This document shows, one piece after another, positions 46,451 to 49,189 of a stretch of DNA of 49,189 nucleotides. The position numbers and the translations under genes were made by a program. The stretch lies in the IMG/VR virus record IMGVR_UViG_3300045988_153230; one strand, given 5' to 3'. The first letter of the stretch is position 1, and each line of letters starts with the position of its first letter. The DNA comes from a virus. Taxonomy: Duplodnaviria; Heunggongvirae; Uroviricota; Caudoviricetes. Below the pieces are notes generated by a model, which saw nothing but the letters and a program-made list of their open reading frames with translations, searched no databases and was not told where the DNA came from.

Positions 46451-47086
46451 TTAATATTTCGGTGTAATCAGTAGCGACACGAGCCCTGATTTGTCACGAG
46501 AAACGTAATACTCGCCTCTCTTAGTCTTAAACTCAGCTTTCTGCGTATCAGATTTAACAATCTGCTCTAACTGCGCGATCACTGTGTCTCTATCACTTGA
46601 TGCATCCAAGACTTCAACAGCTACGGCCATAGAAAGCAAGGAATCAGAGCTAGGCTTAGATACTCGCCATAATAACTCTGAAATCTTCCCATCCTTATCA
46701 ACTCTAGCTCGACCGTTAACAGATGAATTGATGGCAAATTCAACGATGTTGTTACCTTGTTTAACTGACTTAATTCTTATAGTGGAGGTGGATTTTCCTG
46801 ATGTAGCGATACCTTCAAGGTCATCATTATATAGCTGCTTAAACTTATCTACGGTCACGCCATCGAAAGCAGCTCCGGTAGTAGCCGTAGTGCCGGAGTC
46901 TTCTGGAATCAAGGCCACAGCAGCAAGAGTATTAACAACAACAAAAGTAGCAATCCCAAGAAACCCACTCACTAAAACAGCTTTGAACTTACTACCAGAA
47001 GATGGGCCACATTGTTTCCGATATGCACCACGAACTACGAAGAAACACAAAATCAGGCTAATAATAAACGCCACCAGCATCCCCAT
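46451..47086 (-). CDS. Membrane-anchored protein of unknown function (candidate superinfection-exclusion/surface protein)
   Basis: 211 aa; two N-terminal hydrophobic segments then a Ser/Thr-rich soluble domain; poly-C tract in the upstream region (47149..47162). Confidence 0.5.
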   Translation of the reverse strand: MGMLVAFIISLILCFFVVRGAYRKQCGPSSGSKFKAVLVSGFLGIATFVVVNTLAAVALIPEDSGTTATTGAAFDGVTVDKFKQLYNDDLEGIATSGKSTSTIRIKSVKQGNNIVEFAINSSVNGRARVDKDGKISELLWRVSKPSSDSLLSMAVAVEVLDASSDRDTVIAQLEQIVKSDTQKAEFKTKRGEYYVSRDKSGLVSLLITPKY

Positions 47087-47721
47087 AGAAATCTCCTTTT
47101 AGATATAAGGGTAAAGCAATATCGTATTGGATCTTCCTTTAGACACAACCCCCCCTCCCCCCATACAGGGTGCCCTTTACCGGAGTTCCGGCCCCTTCTC
47201 AAAAGCATCAAAAAAAGCTCGAGATCGAGTACCGGAACTCATGCCACCAGATAGCTCCACATCGTTTCCAATGCTTCGCCGCCGTGTGCGCCCTGTGGCC
47301 CACAATCATGCCATTGGTCGTCTGATATACCTTCTTCTGCTCATAGAGCACAGGCGAGTTGTCGCACTCCTGCCTTTCTCAGACTCGACTTAGTTTAGAT
47401 CGCTGTTCCTGGCTTGCGTCAGCACACTTTCCCCTTGTACGCATACCCGCGCGCCACTTCGCCCAAAAACACCGAACCCAACGAAGTGGCAAAGACAACG
47501 ACGCGAGCGTGAGTCTGAAATGGGCACCAGTAAAAAAGGGGTTGCAGGCGCAAAAAGATTTGATTATCTTTAGACGCAAGAAAGCCGCCCCAATCAAGAG
47601 GTGTCTTTTTAAATCCAGCCTACCAAGCAAGATTTAAATTTCAGACTGAAAACCGCCCGGCAAGGCGGTTTTTGTCTTTCTGGCGCTTACATTACACCAC
47701 CATAAAACGATCCGTAAAGGA

Positions 47722-47994
47722 TCATTTGATCCCTTGTTCCAATTCTGACGACACTTTAACCTTTTCCCATACAAGGGTTTGCAGCCTTAACAGAATCGCG
47801 TCTTTATCAAGGTGTGAAAGATCCTTCACCATATCGTCAAACGACAGAACGCGAATGGCCATCTCAATGACCCTCGGCGGCTCCCCCTTCTCATATCGCT
47901 TATATGTAGCCAACGATATCCCAAATTCTTCGGCGGCTCGCTCCTGCGTCCAGTTCATCCCACGACGCCATAATTTCAATTCATAACCCGTCAT
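47722..47994 (-). CDS. XRE-family HTH regulator
   Basis: 90 aa from ATG at 47994 (GAGGAGG RBS): MTGYELKLWRRGMNWTQERAAEEFGISLATYKRYEKG... Confidence 0.6.
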   Translation of the reverse strand: MTGYELKLWRRGMNWTQERAAEEFGISLATYKRYEKGEPPRVIEMAIRVLSFDDMVKDLSHLDKDAILLRLQTLVWEKVKVSSELEQGIK

Positions 47995-48020
47995 AGCATC
48001 CTCCTCGCACAATATTAACA

Positions 48021-48047
48021 CTCGCAAAGTGTCAAAATGACACTTTG
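48021..48047. promoter_or_regulatory. Perfect 12-bp inverted repeat (operator-like) upstream of the HTH regulator gene
   Basis: CGCAAAGTGTCA-AAA-TGACACTTTGCG, ~25 nt upstream of the ATG at 47994. Confidence 0.45.
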
Positions 48048-48057
48048 CGTATTGTGT

Positions 48058-48438
48058 TTACTTAACGAGGAATAAAAATGGTTTATTGTTCGGCGGTGTA
48101 ATCGGGGCTGGCTCGCTTTTGCTCATGCGATCAGTGTACCAGGCCAACTCCTTGTCAAAGTAAGCCTGATTAAAATAGGCCATGAATGTAGTTTCAAATC
48201 CATAACGACCGCTAATACGCAGCATCTGATTGCCGTTCTCTGTTTCCAGATATACCTGGGCACGTTCCTGATTCTCCTTCAGCCAGGTTAAAGCCTCATC
48301 GCATGAGGACACACGATACTCATCATCGTAGCAGTCATCGATGCGGCTTGAGGAAGAACGGCAAATCACGCCAACAGAACCAGCCAGGATAGTTTGAATT
48401 TTAAGGAAAGCGTTTTTGCGGATTTTAATCATGCTCAT
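48058..48438 (-). CDS. Hypothetical protein (126 aa), first gene after cassette copy 3
   Basis: ATG at 48438 with the cassette-supplied RBS; its middle part (48278..48332) is duplicated at window positions 1..55. Confidence 0.55.
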   Translation of the reverse strand: MSMIKIRKNAFLKIQTILAGSVGVICRSSSSRIDDCYDDEYRVSSCDEALTWLKENQERAQVYLETENGNQMLRISGRYGFETTFMAYFNQAYFDKELAWYTDRMSKSEPAPITPPNNKPFLFLVK

Positions 48439-48555
48439 CGGGTTATCTCCGGTTTAACCAGGACGGGTATCGCTCGGTTTCGGGTATAACCTTAGGAAAT
48501 TTTTTCCCACCTGTAAAGCACTTTTTATATAAATATATAATTATATAATTCTATG
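48439..48555 (-). promoter_or_regulatory. Conserved ~115 bp promoter/leader cassette, copy 3
   Basis: Near-identical to copies 1 and 2, including TATATAATTATATAATT palindrome and RBS/start context. Confidence 0.6.
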
Positions 48556-48601
48556 AGCACAAAAAAGCCCCTTTGCAACAGGGGCTTATCATTCGTTCTG
48601 A

Positions 48602-48901
48602 TCAGATGTTAAACGCTATTCGTTTTCCTGTGGGAAGCTCAACATCCAGGCTTAATTTGCCTCCCATAGCTTCAACGTAACGCTTTAATGTCGCCAGCTT
48701 TAAATCATTTCCGCGCTGCTCCAGCTTTGTTACTGCTGGCTGGCTTATACCCATCGCCTCAGCAACCTGTTTTTGTGATAACTGGAGTTCTTCACGCATC
48801 ATCTGCAAGCCGACCTCAAGAATCATCTCATCTGCCATTTCTTTAATTCGCGCCTGGCTTTCCGGTGAACGGCTGGCAATCGCCTCATCTAATGTTCTCA
48901 T
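48602..48901 (-). CDS. HigA-like antitoxin (XRE-family HTH)
   Basis: 99 aa; ...LQLSQKQVAEAMGISQPAVTKLEQRGNDLKLATLKRYVEAMGG...; ATG overlaps the stop of the upstream toxin gene by 1 nt (toxin-first order as in higBA). Confidence 0.7.
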   Translation of the reverse strand: MRTLDEAIASRSPESQARIKEMADEMILEVGLQMMREELQLSQKQVAEAMGISQPAVTKLEQRGNDLKLATLKRYVEAMGGKLSLDVELPTGKRIAFNI

Positions 48902-49189
48902 TACTTGCTCTCCAGTGTGTTCAGATGTGCTGCAAACTCATCCTCAGCTATACGCACCAGTTTTTCATAAAACCGCTTATCGTTACTTTTGTCTCCTGCA
49001 CAAAGAACGATGGCCCGGCGAATCGGATCGAACGCATAAAAGGCTCTTATCGGACGGCCAGAAAACTGAACGCGAAGCTCTTTCATATTTTTGTACCGAG
49101 AACCTTTTACGGTATCGGCATATGGCCTGGGTAACTCAGGTCCGTAAACCTGTAGCTTTTTCAAATCAGCCAAAACCTTTTCCTGAAGA
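48901..49189 (-). CDS. RelE/ParE-superfamily toxin, Gp49/HigB-like; 5' end cut by window edge
   Basis: ...GPELPRPYADTVKGSRYKNMKELRVQFSGRPIRAFYAFDPIRRAIVLCAGDKSNDKRFY... matches the Gp49-like addiction-module killer pattern. The true start lies beyond 49189; the homologous left-end copy suggests the N-terminus MWTVLFSQRFDDWLNEQEDALQEKVL... Confidence 0.75.
   Translation of the reverse strand, partial: LQEKVLADLKKLQVYGPELPRPYADTVKGSRYKNMKELRVQFSGRPIRAFYAFDPIRRAIVLCAGDKSNDKRFYEKLVRIAEDEFAAHLNTLESK

Noticed and set aside
47127-47637. Overlapping plus- and minus-strand ORFs (88, 92, 83 codons) in the 47.1-47.7 kb region
   Set aside because: Arg/Pro-rich translations, mutual overlap and embedded terminator/palindrome structures suggest non-coding regulatory DNA.
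31267-48555. CRISPR array formed by the repeated ~115 bp cassettes or the AT-rich palindromes
   Set aside because: Repeats are too long, only three copies, separated by kilobases of genes rather than short regular spacers; no cas genes.
1-49189. Simple circular wrap-around of the window as the explanation for the repeated ends
   Set aside because: The two matches imply different unit lengths (48277 vs 49080 bp) and positions 49081..49134 do not match 1..54, so a clean wrap-around is not consistent; a deletion-bearing second copy is required.

Overview
The window reads as an essentially complete temperate phage of about 48-49 kb that also carries plasmid-maintenance genes, i.e. a candidate phage-plasmid. 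Almost all genes are on the minus strand. All calls are by eye from the sequence and ORF track, with family assignments from recalled motifs; no searches were run. Left to right: a truncated toxin remnant; an IncFII-type repA replicon with an AT-rich origin and a probable antisense-RNA control element; a Gin/Pin-family DNA invertase with a ~3.1 kb invertible tail-fibre/Tfa segment; a P2-like contractile-tail module (H, I, J, W, U, V, D, X, tape measure, E/E' frameshift, tube, sheath); a lambda-like head module (gpE capsid, gpD decoration, protease, portal, gpW, GpA-type terminase); a tandem cluster of three ParB/Srx-domain genes, one fused to a Rossmann methyltransferase; an MT-A70 DNA methylase; a tRNA with CAU anticodon; a lysis cassette; a leftward early operon with a Q-like antiterminator; a CI-like repressor; a ParA/RHH partition pair; an ORF6N/Rha antirepressor; and a Gp49(HigB)/HigA-like toxin-antitoxin pair. 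No integrase or att site was recognised. Most worth a second look: the ParB-methyltransferase cluster, a triplicated ~115 bp promoter/leader cassette, two dispersed palindromic motif families (one also upstream of repA), a candidate small-protein/sRNA pair, and the fact that positions 1..109 duplicate two separated pieces of the right end.
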